The position numbers and the translations under genes were made by a program. Below are positions 13,595 to 13,840 of a stretch of DNA of 13,840 nt, piece by piece (the stretch's first letter is position 1; each line of letters starts with the position of its first letter). Source of the DNA: a virus. The stretch covers positions 1 through 13,840 of IMG/VR virus record IMGVR_UViG_3300045988_099202; one strand, 5' to 3'. The notes under the pieces are model-generated. The model was given only the letters and a program-made list of their open reading frames with translations. It was not told the DNA's origin and ran no database searches.

Positions 13595-13840
13595 CCCTTC
13601 TGGTTTGTGAGGTTTCCTTCCTCTTTACATTTATATAATAACACATTCAGGCGATGTTGTGAAGATACTGTTAGTTGAGTTTGAGGAGAAATTTTTTCTA
13701 CTCTTGGTTGAGTTGGAAATGCGTTATATAACAGACGTTATACATTGAATGATGCTTATATGTGATTGATGAGCGGCTGACAGAGGTAACAAGCCATGAT
13801 TGTGGGGAATGACAATTGTAAATTTATTACCAGAATACCC
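13595..13840. repeat. Right inverted terminal repeat (ITR-R)
   Basis: Reverse complement of 1-246 (244/246 identical). Similarity ends right after the shared GAAGGG ribosome-binding motif. Confidence 0.97.
13635..13663 (-). promoter_or_regulatory. ITR-borne inward-facing early promoter (right copy)
   Basis: Mirror copy on the minus strand: TTCACA (13663-13658), 17-nt spacer, extended -10 TGtTATTAT (13643-13635). The two ITR mismatches both fall in this element and bring the -10 closer to TATAAT than in the left copy. Confidence 0.6.

Larger units (their letters stand above)
1..13840. mobile_element. Complete linear dsDNA genome of a small phi29-like (protein-primed, podovirus-type) phage bounded by inverted terminal repeats
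   Basis: The window starts and ends exactly at a 246-bp inverted repeat. It encodes a protein-primed PolB, an adjacent putative terminal protein, a gp16-like packaging ATPase, a gp10-like portal, a gp9-like tail knob, capsid, scaffold and lysis genes. No integrase or host genes flank it. Confidence 0.88.

Noticed and set aside
1-13840. ITR-flanked element interpreted as a transposon, casposon or polinton-like element, or as a tectivirus (ITRs, pPolB and a genome of about 14 kb fit a tectivirus superficially)
   Set aside because: No transposase or integrase is present. The presence of a gp10-like portal, gp16-like ATPase, gp9-like knob, scaffold and tail fiber indicates a tailed phi29-like podovirus rather than a membrane-containing double-jelly-roll virus or a transposon.

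Overview
The window appears to be a complete linear replicon, not a fragment. Bases 1-246 are the reverse complement of 13595-13840. The first 199 bp match exactly and there are only 2 mismatches after that. Gene content identifies a miniature phi29-like, protein-primed, short-tailed phage of 13,840 bp.

The minus strand runs from the right end. It carries an ITR-borne promoter, a 76-aa ORF, an 18-aa micro-ORF, an RHH-like regulator, a putative terminal protein, a protein-primed family-B DNA polymerase and a putative p5-like SSB, then an intrinsic terminator. A gp16-like packaging ATPase follows. After it come a near-consensus promoter, a structured leader with a U-tract, and the late genes: holin, NlpC/P60 endolysin, scaffold with an (Ala-Pro)17 linker, major capsid protein, tail lysozyme, gp9-like tail knob, gp10-like portal, lower collar and tail fiber.

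The left end carries the second ITR promoter copy. It drives five small plus-strand ORFs, including a 20-aa micro-ORF paralogous to the one on the right. They converge on a bidirectional terminator at 1156-1182.

No integrase, tRNA, rRNA or CRISPR array was seen. Gene packing is very tight, with many ATGA and 8-nt ATGnnTAA/TGA overlaps.

The most interesting points:
- the very small ITR-bounded genome with duplicated inward-facing promoters;
- the paired hydrophobic micro-ORFs ending in WGLQQ;
- a promoter/hairpin/U-tract unit in front of the late genes (Q-like antitermination, or a small structured RNA);
- an internally duplicated tail fiber;
- the Ala-Pro repeat in the scaffold.

All homology statements are by-eye motif recognition from memory and need HHpred/BLAST confirmation.
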